Assembly: GCA_903877125.1 (NCBI GenBank)
Contig: CAIRCM010000191.1
Location: 11,087 to 75,086, forward strand
DNA: 64,000 bases
DNA from: an uncultured Acetobacteraceae bacterium
GTDB taxonomy: Bacteria; Pseudomonadota; Alphaproteobacteria; Acetobacterales; Acetobacteraceae
Reading direction: 5' to 3'
A program made the position numbers and the translations under genes. Below are positions 49,687 through 59,819 of this stretch, piece after piece (position 1 is the first letter of the stretch; every line of letters begins with the position of its first letter). The notes under the pieces were generated by a model, which was not told the origin of the DNA, searched no databases, and saw nothing but the letters and a program-made list of their open reading frames with translations.

Positions 49687-50463
49687 ATGGACCTGAAACT
49701 TCTGGCCTGGGGCCGCGCGGCGATGCGCCGCCACCACGGAAACGGTCTGCCCACCCTATGGCTGTTCACCGATGCCGCCCGGCTTCCGGACCCGCGCGCC
49801 GCCGTGGCCAGGCTGCCGAGACACATCGCCGGAGTCGTGCTGCGCCACGACTCCGATCCCGATCGCGCGGCGCTGGGTCACGACCTCGCGCGAATCTGCC
49901 GGAGCAGGCGGCTGGCTCTGGTTGTCGCCGGCGACGTGCGCCTGGCCGCGCGACTCGGTGCCGGCGTGCACCTGCGCGGCGGTCGCTGGCCCGGCCCGCT
50001 CCGGCGGCCCGGTATCGTGACGAGTTCGGCGCACAACCAGCAGGACCTCCGCCGAGCCGCCCGCAACGGCGCGCACCTCGTCTTCCTGTCCCCCGCCTTC
50101 GCCACCGCGAGCCATCCCGGCGCCCCCGCGCTCGGCGCCTGCCGCTGGGCGCTCCTCGCCTCCCGCGCGATATTCGCAAATCGGGGAAACGATCGTCCCG
50201 ATCCCTGCCTCACAACGTCATGGCCCGGCTCGTCCGGGCCAACTGTCGCCGCACCGGCACCCCAGGGGATGGCCCAGGGGATGCCCCGGACAGACTGGGC
50301 CATGAAGCCGGGCAAGCGACCCGCCGCGCCTGCCGGAAAAGGGCGAAATGCCGCCCGTTCAGCATTGTCGGTCGCGGCGCTGGGCGGCATCGACGGGTGC
50401 TCGATCCGCCGGCTGCCACGAAGCGCATGCGCTGCCGTCGGAGCAATCGGGGCCTTGGCCTGA
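49687..50463 (+). CDS. Thiamine-phosphate synthase (ThiE/TenI)-like protein with an in-frame repeat-containing insertion
   Basis: LWLFTD, GVVLRH, GVHL, SSAHN, FLSPAFATASHPG and ALGGI. About 65 extra residues lie between ALLASR and LSVAALGGI. Confidence 0.8.
   Translation: MDLKLLAWGRAAMRRHHGNGLPTLWLFTDAARLPDPRAAVARLPRHIAGVVLRHDSDPDRAALGHDLARICRSRRLALVVAGDVRLAARLGAGVHLRGGRWPGPLRRPGIVTSSAHNQQDLRRAARNGAHLVFLSPAFATASHPGAPALGACRWALLASRAIFANRGNDRPDPCLTTSWPGSSGPTVAAPAPQGMAQGMPRTDWAMKPGKRPAAPAGKGRNAARSALSVAALGGIDGCSIRRLPRSACAAVGAIGALA
50216..50305 (+). repeat. Palindromic repeat element, copy A (intragenic, 90 bp)
   Basis: CGTCATGGCCCGGCTCGTCCGGGCCAACTGT...CCCCGGACAGACTGGGCCATGA; homologous to the copies at 52902 and 53097. 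Confidence 0.85.
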
Positions 50464-50661
50464 CAAGCACCGCCCATATCCCACTGTGTCCGCCACGCCA
50501 CAGTGTTTCGGAAATGCCATGCGAGCGTCCGGCAGAACCTTGCGCCCGGCTCAAATACCGGATCAATACTATCCCCAGGTTCGGCGGCCCCGCCTCGACA
50601 CGATCGGGGCGGGGCCTGAATTCCCCGCCGGGTGCTTCCGGTGTCATGAGGAGGATTTAAT

Positions 50662-52152
50662 ATGCGTAAGCTTCTGTTGGCCAGTGCGGCCATCCTGGGC
50701 GGTACGACCGGCGCTTTCGCGCAGGCGACCCCGCCGTCGTTCTTCCAGTCGCAAGGCATGATGGCGATGCCCTGGGCTGGCGGACCGGCCCCGAACAACA
50801 ACAACAACAGCGTTGGCGTTGCCGACAAGGGCCCCGTCGCGACCCCGACCCCGGGCACCGTCGTGATCCGCTTCAACGGCCGCGTCGAAACCGAAATTTC
50901 CGCGAACTTCACCTCCGGTGACAAGTCGATCCCGACCGGTTCGGGCGCGATCACCGGCGGCGGCAGCTTCAAGCTGAACCCGGTTGGCGTGTCCTCCTAC
51001 ATGCGCCTCTATCCCGGCATGGACGGCATGGCCACCAACGGCCTGCGCTATGGTGCCACGATCGAACTGCGCGAAAACTTCGCCAACCCGAACAGCGCCT
51101 CGGCCAACACCGCGGCATCCAGCCCGAGCGGCTATTCCTCGAGCGAGACCGTCTTCGTCCGTCGCGCCTTCGTCTACATGGGCTCCGACAAAATCGGTAT
51201 CGTCCGCATCGGTCAGACGGATGGCGTTATCGGCCTGTTCGATAACGGCTCCTACTCCGCCCAGACCTGGGAAGCCGGCATCGGCAACTTCAACGGCGGC
51301 ATGATGCAGGCGGAAACCGCGCAGGCTGGCGTCGGCGTTCCGTTCGCGTGGCTCGCTCAGGCTGGTGCGGAATACAGCAACAGCAAGATCGTCTACCTGA
51401 CCCCGTCGTTCTATGGCTTCGACTTCGGCCTGCAGTACGCCCCGACGATGGGTAACTCCTACTCCAACTCGACCGGCGCCAGCGCGTTCAACACCTCGCT
51501 CTGCAACGCGGCGAGCGCCACCTGCGTGAACACCAGCACCGGTAACGACCCGACCCGCTGGCTGAACCAGGTTGCCGCCGGCGTGCGCTACCAGGGCCCG
51601 ATTGGCCCGGTCAATTTCGGTGCCTTCGCCGTGTATGAAACGGCCGGCAAGGAATCGACCACCAACGGCATCACGGCTGGTGGCGCGGGTTATGTTGGTG
51701 GCGCGACCGCGACCAACCTGCTCCGTTACGACAACCTGAGCTTCGTCGAAGCTGCGATGAAGATCGAAGTCCCGTCCATCGGACTGACCTGGTCGTTCGA
51801 CTACATCGGCGGCGCCTTGAACGGCCAGCTGGCGATGCGCCCGACGGGCGGTGTTGCTGAAAACGCCTTCCTGACCGGCCTCGTCTACAAGAACGGTCCG
51901 TGGGTGTTCGGTCTCGAAGCCGGCCTCGTGAACTCGCAGGGTCAGGCCAACCTGGCGAAGATTTCGCAGCGTCGTGAATTCGAAGTCGCCTTCGGTGGCA
52001 CGTATAACGTGGCCCCCGGTCTGGCTCTGGTCGGTGAGTTCATGCACACCGAACGGCACCAGGGTAACTACGACTTCGTTCAGGGCGCTGTCGGGGCGAC
52101 CCGCGACGCCAAGGGCAATGGCGTGATGTTCGGAACGGTCGTGACCTGGTAA
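50662..52152 (+). CDS. Outer-membrane porin
   Basis: MRKLLLASAAIL signal peptide, GLRYGATIEL, RRAFVY.GSD..G.VRIGQ, KIVYLTPSFYGF and terminal W. Strongly biased codon usage and GAGGAG-type RBS. Confidence 0.9.
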   Translation: MRKLLLASAAILGGTTGAFAQATPPSFFQSQGMMAMPWAGGPAPNNNNNSVGVADKGPVATPTPGTVVIRFNGRVETEISANFTSGDKSIPTGSGAITGGGSFKLNPVGVSSYMRLYPGMDGMATNGLRYGATIELRENFANPNSASANTAASSPSGYSSSETVFVRRAFVYMGSDKIGIVRIGQTDGVIGLFDNGSYSAQTWEAGIGNFNGGMMQAETAQAGVGVPFAWLAQAGAEYSNSKIVYLTPSFYGFDFGLQYAPTMGNSYSNSTGASAFNTSLCNAASATCVNTSTGNDPTRWLNQVAAGVRYQGPIGPVNFGAFAVYETAGKESTTNGITAGGAGYVGGATATNLLRYDNLSFVEAAMKIEVPSIGLTWSFDYIGGALNGQLAMRPTGGVAENAFLTGLVYKNGPWVFGLEAGLVNSQGQANLAKISQRREFEVAFGGTYNVAPGLALVGEFMHTERHQGNYDFVQGAVGATRDAKGNGVMFGTVVTW

Positions 52153-52176
52153 GTTTTACCGGATCAAGACGACAAG

Positions 52177-52207
52177 AAACGGCGAGGGAAACCTCGCCGT
52201 TTTTTTG
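52177..52207 (+). terminator. Intrinsic terminator of the porin gene
   Basis: AAACGGCGAGG-GAAA-CCTCGCCGTTTTTTTT. Confidence 0.92.
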
Positions 52208-52278
52208 TGCCCTTGGCGGCCGGCAGTTTGGCGACTAAACAATTCACTCCCGGTCCGCGACCCCAAGTCAGGTGAATA

Positions 52279-52854
52279 ATGGCAATGCGTCCTACTTTCT
52301 CAACACCTCGGCAATTCGCCCTTGCGCTCGGCAGCGTCTTGGCCTTGGCCGGTTGCTCCGCGGCAAGGCCGAACCCGACACCGATCGATTACCAGGGCCT
52401 GGGCAGCGGCAGCGCCGGTGACGCCTCCATCACCTCACGCCTTGGCGGCGCGGACAGCGGCGTTATCTTCGGTGTGACCAAGGGCAACGACAAAGGCGGC
52501 AACGGCAACGGAAGTGGGGCTGGTATCGGCGTCAACGCCTATCTCTGGCGCGGCGCTCTGGACACGTTGAGCTTCATGCCGCTGACCTCGATCGACCCAT
52601 TCGGCGGCGTCATCATCACCGACTGGTACACCCCACCCGACACCAATGGCGAACGCTTCAAGGCCACAGCCTACGTGCTGACCCGCGACCTGCGCAGCGA
52701 TGGCGTCCGCGTGGTGTTCTTCCGCCAGGTCCTGCAAAATGGCCAGTGGGTCGACTCAGCGGTCGCACCCTCCACCAACAACCAGATCGAGGACAAGGTT
52801 CTCGCCAAGGCCCGCCAACTACGCGAACAGGCCGTCGGCAACCCCAACGGGTAA
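52279..52854 (+). CDS. DUF3576-family lipoprotein
   Basis: Lipobox LAGC and GVNAYLWRGALDTLSFMPL...DPFGGVIITDW. Confidence 0.85.
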   Translation: MAMRPTFSTPRQFALALGSVLALAGCSAARPNPTPIDYQGLGSGSAGDASITSRLGGADSGVIFGVTKGNDKGGNGNGSGAGIGVNAYLWRGALDTLSFMPLTSIDPFGGVIITDWYTPPDTNGERFKATAYVLTRDLRSDGVRVVFFRQVLQNGQWVDSAVAPSTNNQIEDKVLAKARQLREQAVGNPNG

Positions 52855-52901
52855 TGGGCGCGCCGGTCGCCCCCCCATTCGTTATGGACCTTCCCCCCTA
52901 A

Positions 52902-52981
52902 CGTCATGGCCCGGCTTGTCCGGGCCACCTGTAGCGGCACGCGCGCCGATTGGGGTTGCCCGGACGAGCCGGGCCATGCCG
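52902..52981 (+). repeat. Palindromic repeat element, copy B (80 bp)
   Basis: 24-bp inverted arms CGTCATGGCCCGGCTTGTCCGGGC / GCCCGGACGAGCCGGGCCATGCCG with 2 mismatches; each arm contains its own hairpin. Confidence 0.9.
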
Positions 52982-53096
52982 GTGGGGGAAGGCGTCCACT
53001 CTTAGCCTTTCCTTAACTATTTCAGGCTAAACCACCGCGTATGAAAGGCGCTTCGGCGTTCACCACGCGGTATCGCATGGCCCGCGTCCCCCCCAC

Positions 53097-53177
53097 CGTC
53101 ATGGCCCGGCTTGTCCGGGCCACCTGTAGCGGCACGAGCGCCGCTCGGGGTGCCCCGAACCGCACCGTGCCATGACG
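53097..53177 (+). repeat. Palindromic repeat element, copy C (81 bp)
   Basis: First 40 bp identical to copy B (CGTCATGGCCCGGCTTGTCCGGGCCACCTGTAGCGGCACG); ends in GCCATGACG, a 9-bp terminal inverted repeat. Confidence 0.9.
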
Positions 53178-53197
53178 GGGGAGCGGCCAATACCCGC

Positions 53198-54166
53198 CTA
53201 CCGCAAATGACAAGCCACCAACCGCCCCGCCCCAACATCCCGCAACACCGGGGCCTCGCTTCGGCAGCGCGCCTCCGCATACGGACACCGAGGATGAAAA
53301 TGGCACCCGCTCGGCGGATCGATCGGACTCGGCACGTCCCCCTCGACACGATGCTTGACCCGCTTCAACGCGGGATCCGGTAACGGGACCGCCGCCAGCA
53401 GCGCCTCCGTATACGGATGCAGCGGCTTGGCGAACAACGCCACCTTGTCGGCATATTCGACGATCCGCCCGAGATACATCACCGCCACCCGATGCGCGAT
53501 GTGCTCCACCACAGCGAGATTGTGCGAGATGAACAGGTACGACAGCCCCCGCTCCCGCTGCAGATCCATCAGCAGGTTGATCACCTGCGCCTGGATCGAC
53601 ACATCCAGCGCCGACACCGGCTCGTCCGCCACGATGAACCCAGGGTCCAGCGCCAAGGCCCGCGCGATCGACACACGCTGCCGCTGCCCGCCAGAGAATT
53701 GGTGCGGGTAATTGTTCATCTGCGCCGCACGCAAACCCACGCGCTCGAACAGTTGCGCCACTCGAGCCTCCCGCTCGTCGCGACGCCCGACGCCATGAAC
53801 CTTCAGTGGCTCGCCCACGATATCGCCGGCTTTGATCCGCGGATTGAGCGAGGAAAATGGATCCTGAAACACGATCTGCATCTGCCGCCGCAGCGCGCGC
53901 ATCTCCTGCTTGCTGGCGGTCGTGATGTCCTTGCCGTTGATCGCAATCGTCCCGGCCGACGGCTCGATCAAACGTAGCACCGCCCGCCCCACCGTCGACT
54001 TCCCGCAGCCGCTCTCCCCCACGAGCCCCAGCGTTTCACCGCCGGCGATGCTGAAACTGACCCCGTCGACCGCGCGCACATCGCCCACCCGCCGATTCAG
54101 CAGCCCCCGACGGATCGGGAAAAACTTGCGCAGGCCAGCGACCGCGATGACCGGGGGTTTGTCCAT
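53198..54166 (-). CDS. Peptide ABC transporter ATP-binding subunit (OppF-like)
   Basis: [22 protein letters not shown] and GCHFHPRCP. Start trimmed to MDKPPVI. Confidence 0.93.
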   Translation of the reverse strand: MDKPPVIAVAGLRKFFPIRRGLLNRRVGDVRAVDGVSFSIAGGETLGLVGESGCGKSTVGRAVLRLIEPSAGTIAINGKDITTASKQEMRALRRQMQIVFQDPFSSLNPRIKAGDIVGEPLKVHGVGRRDEREARVAQLFERVGLRAAQMNNYPHQFSGGQRQRVSIARALALDPGFIVADEPVSALDVSIQAQVINLLMDLQRERGLSYLFISHNLAVVEHIAHRVAVMYLGRIVEYADKVALFAKPLHPYTEALLAAVPLPDPALKRVKHRVEGDVPSPIDPPSGCHFHPRCPYAEARCRSEAPVLRDVGAGRLVACHLR

Positions 54167-54174
54167 GATCTTCT

Positions 54175-55158
54175 CTATGCCTGCCAACAGGCGGCGAAAT
54201 GGTTGGCCTGCTTCGCTTCGAATGGCGGGATTTGCGCATGGCATTTCGCATCCGCCTGGGCGCAGCGCGGCGCGAAGGCACAGCCGGGCGGCAGATCGCT
54301 CAATGCCGGCACCATCCCTGGGATTTCCCGCAACCGCTCATCCGGCGACAACGCCAGCCCGCGCGCACTGCCAAGCCGGGGAATCGAGCCTAGCAGACCA
54401 CGCAGATAAGGGTGCAGAGGCCGGGCAAAAAGGTCCGAGACACTGCCTTCCTCGACCTTCCGTCCGGCATACATCACGACCACGCGCTGCGCCGTCTCGG
54501 CGACGACACCCAGATCGTGGGTGATCAGCAGCACGGCGGTGCCGAACTCGCGTTGCAGGTCGCCGATCAGATCGAGGATCTGCGCCTGGATCGTCACATC
54601 CAGTGCCGTGGTCGGCTCGTCCGCCACCAGCACCTTGGGCTTGCACGCCAGCGCCATCGCGATCATCGCCCGCTGCCGCATGCCCCCGGACATCTGATGC
54701 GGATATTCCTTTGCCCGTCGTGCCGGTTCCGGAATGCGCACCATCTGCAGCATCTCCACCGCGCGGTTTTTCGCCGCCGCCTTCGGCAAACCATCGTGCA
54801 GCATGACCATCTCGGCGATCTGCTTGCCCACCGTCATCAGCGGGTTCAGGGCCGTCATCGGCTCCTGGAAGATCATCGCGATCTTGCCGCCGCGCATTTG
54901 GCGCATCGTCCGATCGTCCAGTCGTAGCAGATCGGTCCCGTCCACCTTCACGCTGCCCGACACGATCTCCCCCGGCGGTTGCGGGATCAGGCGCATCAGC
55001 GACAAGGCGGTGATCGTCTTGCCGCAGCCGGACTCACCCACGATCGCCAGCGTCTCCCCGGCTTCGACGCTGAACGACACGTCCTGCACCGCCCGCACCA
55101 GCCCGCGCCGCGTGTGGAACACCGTATTGAGGCCGGAGACTTCAAGAACCGGTGCCAT
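54175..55158 (-). CDS. Peptide ABC transporter ATP-binding subunit (OppD-like)
   Basis: [22 protein letters not shown] and GCAFAPRC. Start trimmed to MAPVLEV. Confidence 0.93.
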   Translation of the reverse strand: MAPVLEVSGLNTVFHTRRGLVRAVQDVSFSVEAGETLAIVGESGCGKTITALSLMRLIPQPPGEIVSGSVKVDGTDLLRLDDRTMRQMRGGKIAMIFQEPMTALNPLMTVGKQIAEMVMLHDGLPKAAAKNRAVEMLQMVRIPEPARRAKEYPHQMSGGMRQRAMIAMALACKPKVLVADEPTTALDVTIQAQILDLIGDLQREFGTAVLLITHDLGVVAETAQRVVVMYAGRKVEEGSVSDLFARPLHPYLRGLLGSIPRLGSARGLALSPDERLREIPGMVPALSDLPPGCAFAPRCAQADAKCHAQIPPFEAKQANHFAACWQA

Positions 55159-55991
55159 CAGTCGCGCTGCCGTGGATCGAGGGCATCGCGCAGCGCGTCG
55201 CCCATCAGGTTGGAGCCGAAAACGATCAGGCTGATCGCGAGGCCAGGATAGATCACCAGCCATGGCGCGGTGCGCACGTACTCGGCGGCGGATTCCGACA
55301 GCATGCGGCCCCAGGATGGATAGGGTTCCGGGACACCCAGACCCAGGAAAGACAGCGACGCCTCGGTCAGGATGGTCGACCCAAGCTGTGCTGTGGCCAG
55401 CACGATCAGCGGCGCGAGCGTGTTGGGCAGCACATGCACGATGGCCACCCGCCACTCGCTCATGCCGGTGGCCCTGGCGGCCTCCACGAACGGCAGTTCC
55501 CGCAGCGACAGCACGTTGGAACGGATCACCCGCGCTACCGTGGGGATCAGCGGGATGGCAATGGCGATAATGGTGTTCCGCAGCGACGGGCCAAGGGAAG
55601 CGGTGATCACCAGCGCCATGACAAGAAGCGGCAGGGCCTGCATGATTTCCGTCACCCGCTGCACCAGCAGGTCGAACCACCCGCCGACATAGCCGCAAGC
55701 CAGCCCGACCGCCGCGCCGACCCCGCTGCCGATCATCGTGGCCCCCAGCGCGACCGCCAACGACACCCGCGCCCCATGGATCAGCCGGCTCAGCACATCC
55801 CGCCCCATCATGTCCGCCCCCATCCAATACACCCCGCTCGGTCCCGCGAGCGAAGCCTTGGCGTTGGTGGTGAATGGGTCGAGCGGCGCGACCACGCCGG
55901 CGAATATCGCGGCCAGCACGAACAGCGTCATGATGATCGCGCCGGCCACACCCAGGGGGTAACGTCGCGCGTAGTAGCCGATGTCGCTCAT
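55158..55991 (-). CDS. Peptide ABC transporter permease (OppC-like)
   Basis: WMGADMMGRDVLSRLIHGARVSL, FVEAARATG and LSFLGLG. Start trimmed to MSDIGYY. Confidence 0.92.
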   Translation of the reverse strand: MSDIGYYARRYPLGVAGAIIMTLFVLAAIFAGVVAPLDPFTTNAKASLAGPSGVYWMGADMMGRDVLSRLIHGARVSLAVALGATMIGSGVGAAVGLACGYVGGWFDLLVQRVTEIMQALPLLVMALVITASLGPSLRNTIIAIAIPLIPTVARVIRSNVLSLRELPFVEAARATGMSEWRVAIVHVLPNTLAPLIVLATAQLGSTILTEASLSFLGLGVPEPYPSWGRMLSESAAEYVRTAPWLVIYPGLAISLIVFGSNLMGDALRDALDPRQRD

Positions 55992-56935
55992 GCGCCCAGC
56001 CGGATGCGGGGATCGACGACCATGTAGAGCAGGTCGACGATCAGGTTGACGGTAACGACGACGATGGCGATGAACATCACCAGATTCTGCACCATCGGAT
56101 AATCCCGCCAGCGTATCGCCTCGACCAGAAAGCGCGCGACGCCGGGGATGTTGAAGACCGTTTCCGTCACGATCAGCCCGCCGAACAGGAACGCGGTCTC
56201 GACCCCGATGGTCGTGATCACCGGCAGCACCGCGTTGCGCAGGGCATGATCGTAAGTCACGGCTGTATCCGACAGGCCCTTGGATTTCGCGGTGCGCACG
56301 AAATCCTGGCGCAGCACCTCCAGCATCGACGACCGGGTCAGCCGCATGATCAACGCCGAACTGCGAAATCCGACGGACGCCGCCGGGATCGCGAGCATGG
56401 CGAGCCAGGCGCCGAACGTTGCCGGTGCCCGATCGTAGATCGGAATGCTGCCGAACCATTTCACGCAGGCCATCAGGATCAGCAGTCCCAGCCAGAAGGC
56501 TGGCATCGACAAGCCGCTGAGGCTGAGGATGCGCAGAAAGTAATCCAGCTTGGTGTTTTGCCGTACCGCGCTGATCACCCCCAACGGCACCCCCGCGCAA
56601 ATGGCGAACGTCAATGCCAAACCGGCCAACCGCGCGGTAATCGGAATGCGCGGCAGGATTTCCTCGATCACCGGCTTTTCGGACACGTAGGAATAGCCGA
56701 GGTCGCCGTGGAACAACCCGCTCAGCCAATGCCAGTACTGCACCGGCAACGGCAGATCGAGGCCAAGATCGGTCACGATTTTCGCCTTCTCCGCCGGGTC
56801 GATCATCCCAGCGGAATCTAACAGGATATCGGCGATGTTACCCGGAACGATCCGCAGCAGCAGAAAGATGGCGATGGACACGCCGAGCAGCGTCACCACC
56901 ATCAATAACAACCGGCGGATCAGGTAGGCCAGCAT
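55988..56935 (-). CDS. Peptide ABC transporter permease (OppB-like)
   Basis: FVRTAKSKGL, HALRNAVLP and IVTETVFNIPG. Confidence 0.93.
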   Translation of the reverse strand: MLAYLIRRLLLMVVTLLGVSIAIFLLLRIVPGNIADILLDSAGMIDPAEKAKIVTDLGLDLPLPVQYWHWLSGLFHGDLGYSYVSEKPVIEEILPRIPITARLAGLALTFAICAGVPLGVISAVRQNTKLDYFLRILSLSGLSMPAFWLGLLILMACVKWFGSIPIYDRAPATFGAWLAMLAIPAASVGFRSSALIMRLTRSSMLEVLRQDFVRTAKSKGLSDTAVTYDHALRNAVLPVITTIGVETAFLFGGLIVTETVFNIPGVARFLVEAIRWRDYPMVQNLVMFIAIVVVTVNLIVDLLYMVVDPRIRLGA

Positions 56936-56938
56936 CGA

Positions 56939-58534
56939 TCAGCGATCCAGCCACACGTCGTCGAAGCGCCAGTGGTTGTAGATGCTGTTGACCGCAAGAT
57001 GCAGCCCTTTGACCGCCGGCCACCAGCAGGTGCCGCCCTGCGACTGATAGACGACCGGACGCGCGCCATCTTCCTGCAAGGTGCGGTCGATCTGCCAGAC
57101 GAGTTGCTGGCGTGCCGCGAAATCCTTCATCTGGGACTGCTTGTGGAACAGTGCCTCCAGATACCTGTTGCAGTATCCGGTATAGTTCCGTTCGGAATTG
57201 CAGGTGTAGTTTTCGAAGAACATGACATCGGGGTCGTCGATTCCGGTGCCCTGTACGTTCATGCCAACGGCGTAATCCTTCTTCAACAGCCGCGCATACC
57301 AGACCGCGGAATCGAGAGTTTCAAGCTCGGCCTGGATGTATACATTCTTGATGTGGTCGATCAGCAGCACCGCCGCGTCGCGATAATCCGGAATGTTCCG
57401 GGTGGTGACTTTCAGCGTCAGCGGCTTGTCCGGGCCGTAGCCCAGTTCCCGCATGATCCGGCGGCCTTCCTCCCGGCTTTTTTCCACATCCGAGCCGTAT
57501 CCCGGGACCGTCTCCATGAATGCCTTGGACCAGCCCCAGATCCCCTCGGGCGGGGCCAGCATCGCGCCGCCGATATTGTCGACGCCATGGCTCAGAATGT
57601 CGGAAAACGCCTTGCGGTCGATCGCCAGCGCCAGCGCCTTGCGAATTTGCGGATTGTCGAAGGGGGGGCGGTCGCGATTGATCAGCAGATTGCCCTCGGT
57701 ATTCGACGGCTGCACCAGACACTGCATCGTCGGCACCGCCTTCAACACGTCCTTCACCAGTTCCGGGGTCAGCTCCCCGGTGATGTTCATGTCGAATTTG
57801 CCGGCTTCCAGGGCCAGAACGGCCGTGGAACGGTTGGGGATGATCGTATACTCGATGCCGTCCAGGTACGGCCGGCCGGGCTTCCAGTAGTCGGGATTGC
57901 GTTCCAGCTTGATGGACTCATTCTGTTGGAACGACACAAACCGGAATGGGCCTGTCCCGATCGGATGCGTGCGCATCTGCGCCGCCGGGACGTGGCACGG
58001 GTAGACCGGCGAAAAACCGCCGGCCAACATCACCAGGAACGACGGTTGCGGATCGTTCAAATGAAACGTCACCTGCGTGGGGCTGTCGACCACGATGTCC
58101 TTGATGTTGAACCACCAGCTCTTGCGCGGGTTTTTGCGCATCTTGCCGTCGACCTTGCCGCTGACGACGTCCCAGGTGCACTTGACGTCCGCGGCCGTGA
58201 ACGGCTTGCCGTCGTGCCACTTCACCCCCTCGCGCAGTTGAAACGTCAACGTCCGGTCGTCGTCGCTGTATTTCCACGACGTCGCCAGCTCCGGCACCAC
58301 CGCTTCCAGCCGGTTCTGCTTCGCCGCGGGATCGAACATCACGAGGTTGTTGAACACCGCCATGAACGGCATGTCGGTGGAAATCGTCGCTTCCTCATGG
58401 ATCGAGGCGCTGGGCGGATTGTCCCGGTGGGTGATCCGCAGCACGCCACCCTGCTTCTGCGCCTGCGCCCCGCCCGTCGCCAATAACAAGGCGCAGACGC
58501 CGGCGGCGAAGAGCCGTATCCATTTATGCGACAT
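56939..58534 (-). CDS. ABC transporter substrate-binding protein, family 5
   Basis: Signal peptide, PELATSW, FQLREGVKWHDGKPFTAADV and PIGTGPF. Start trimmed to MSHKWIR. Confidence 0.93.
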   Translation of the reverse strand: MSHKWIRLFAAGVCALLLATGGAQAQKQGGVLRITHRDNPPSASIHEEATISTDMPFMAVFNNLVMFDPAAKQNRLEAVVPELATSWKYSDDDRTLTFQLREGVKWHDGKPFTAADVKCTWDVVSGKVDGKMRKNPRKSWWFNIKDIVVDSPTQVTFHLNDPQPSFLVMLAGGFSPVYPCHVPAAQMRTHPIGTGPFRFVSFQQNESIKLERNPDYWKPGRPYLDGIEYTIIPNRSTAVLALEAGKFDMNITGELTPELVKDVLKAVPTMQCLVQPSNTEGNLLINRDRPPFDNPQIRKALALAIDRKAFSDILSHGVDNIGGAMLAPPEGIWGWSKAFMETVPGYGSDVEKSREEGRRIMRELGYGPDKPLTLKVTTRNIPDYRDAAVLLIDHIKNVYIQAELETLDSAVWYARLLKKDYAVGMNVQGTGIDDPDVMFFENYTCNSERNYTGYCNRYLEALFHKQSQMKDFAARQQLVWQIDRTLQEDGARPVVYQSQGGTCWWPAVKGLHLAVNSIYNHWRFDDVWLDR

Positions 58535-58601
58535 CGCTTCCCCCGACCCGATTTCCGTTCGTGACAGCATGTAACCGGGCGCTGTCGGGAATAGCAACCG
58601 G

Positions 58602-59747
58602 CTAGCGCTTGGCCGCGCGCAGCCCCGCCCGCAGCCGCTCCATCGCCCGCGCCATCCGGTCCGGCTGGTTGGCGAAACACACCCGCAAACTGCCCTCGCC
58701 ACTCGGCCCGAACGCGACGCCCGGTGCCACCGCGACACCGTGGTTGCGCACCAGATCAAGCGCCAAGCCCAGACTGTCGGTCAGACCATCGATCCCAATG
58801 AACGCGTAAAATGCCCCCGGCGGCGGCGCGTAGCGCACACCGTTCAACCCGCTCAACGCCTCCGACGCCACCTGTCGCCCAATCTCGCAATGCCTGCGGA
58901 TGTCCGCCACCACGCTGGTATCCCGGATCGCGGCAATCCCAGCCCGCTGCACGAACGGTGCGACCCCGGAAAACACCGCTTCCACGATATCGGCGATCGT
59001 GTCCCGCATCCCCTCAGGCACCACCAGCCAGCCCAGCCGCCACCCGGTCATCACCCAGGCCTTCGAGAAACTGTTGCACACCATCACCCGATCCCCGGGT
59101 TCCGCGACATCCAGCATCGAAGGCGCCGCGGCTCGGTCATCGTAAATCAGCCGCGAGTAGACCTCGTCCGACACCACCCAGACCCCATGTCGCCGTGCGA
59201 TGTCCAATATCGCCCGCAGTTCCTCCGTGCGCGCGGTCCAACCCGTCGGATTGTTTGGCGAATTCAGCACGAACACCCGAGCCCCCCGGAGCATCTGGTC
59301 GAGCCGGTCGAGATCGAGGCGAAACCCATCGGAAGCCGGGATCAAGTCGATGGTCTCCACCACCGCCCCGCGCAGATGTGCCGCGTTGGCGATGTTCGGC
59401 CAAAGCGGCCCATGGATCACCACCCGCTGCCCCGCCGAGACCAGCGTGTTCATCGCGATGGTGACAGCCGCCATGCCCGACGCCGTCACCTGGATGCGGC
59501 TTTCCGCCACCGGCGTGGCGTGCAACCCCGTGAGATACGCTGCGATGGTCTGGCGCAAGTCCGGCAGCCCGCGCACATCGGGATAATGCGTCTCCCCACC
59601 ATCGATGGCCGCCACCAATGCGTCGCGCGCGGGCAGGGGGCTCGGCCGGTCGGATTCCCCAAAACACAGGAAATCCACGTCGGGCGTGGCAAAGGCGAGC
59701 CGAGCGACTTCGACGATACGGGAGCCGGAGATGCTGACAATGTCCAT
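58602..59747 (-). CDS. PLP-dependent aminotransferase class I/II
   Basis: NSPNNPTGW, SDEVY and NSFSKAWVMTGWRLGW. Confidence 0.92.
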   Translation of the reverse strand: MDIVSISGSRIVEVARLAFATPDVDFLCFGESDRPSPLPARDALVAAIDGGETHYPDVRGLPDLRQTIAAYLTGLHATPVAESRIQVTASGMAAVTIAMNTLVSAGQRVVIHGPLWPNIANAAHLRGAVVETIDLIPASDGFRLDLDRLDQMLRGARVFVLNSPNNPTGWTARTEELRAILDIARRHGVWVVSDEVYSRLIYDDRAAAPSMLDVAEPGDRVMVCNSFSKAWVMTGWRLGWLVVPEGMRDTIADIVEAVFSGVAPFVQRAGIAAIRDTSVVADIRRHCEIGRQVASEALSGLNGVRYAPPPGAFYAFIGIDGLTDSLGLALDLVRNHGVAVAPGVAFGPSGEGSLRVCFANQPDRMARAMERLRAGLRAAKR

Positions 59748-59819
59748 GCGCCGTCATGTAGAGCGGATTGCCGGCGGTTTCGAGTCCGCGCATGATCCCG
59801 GCAACCCGGAGGATCCGCC

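Noticed and set aside
50794-50808. (AAC)5 microsatellite in the porin as a phase-variation tract
   Set aside because: A triplet repeat encoding NNNNN; slippage would not shift the frame and the tract is short.
52861-53200. CRISPR array
   Set aside because: Only two adjacent units, 80 bp long with nested palindromes, no regular repeat-spacer period and no cas genes.
52671-53383. Small ORFs sharing VARTSRAM / SWPGLSGP peptides (52671, 52700, 53022, 53111, 50210)
   Set aside because: These are translations of the palindromic repeat, not a protein family.
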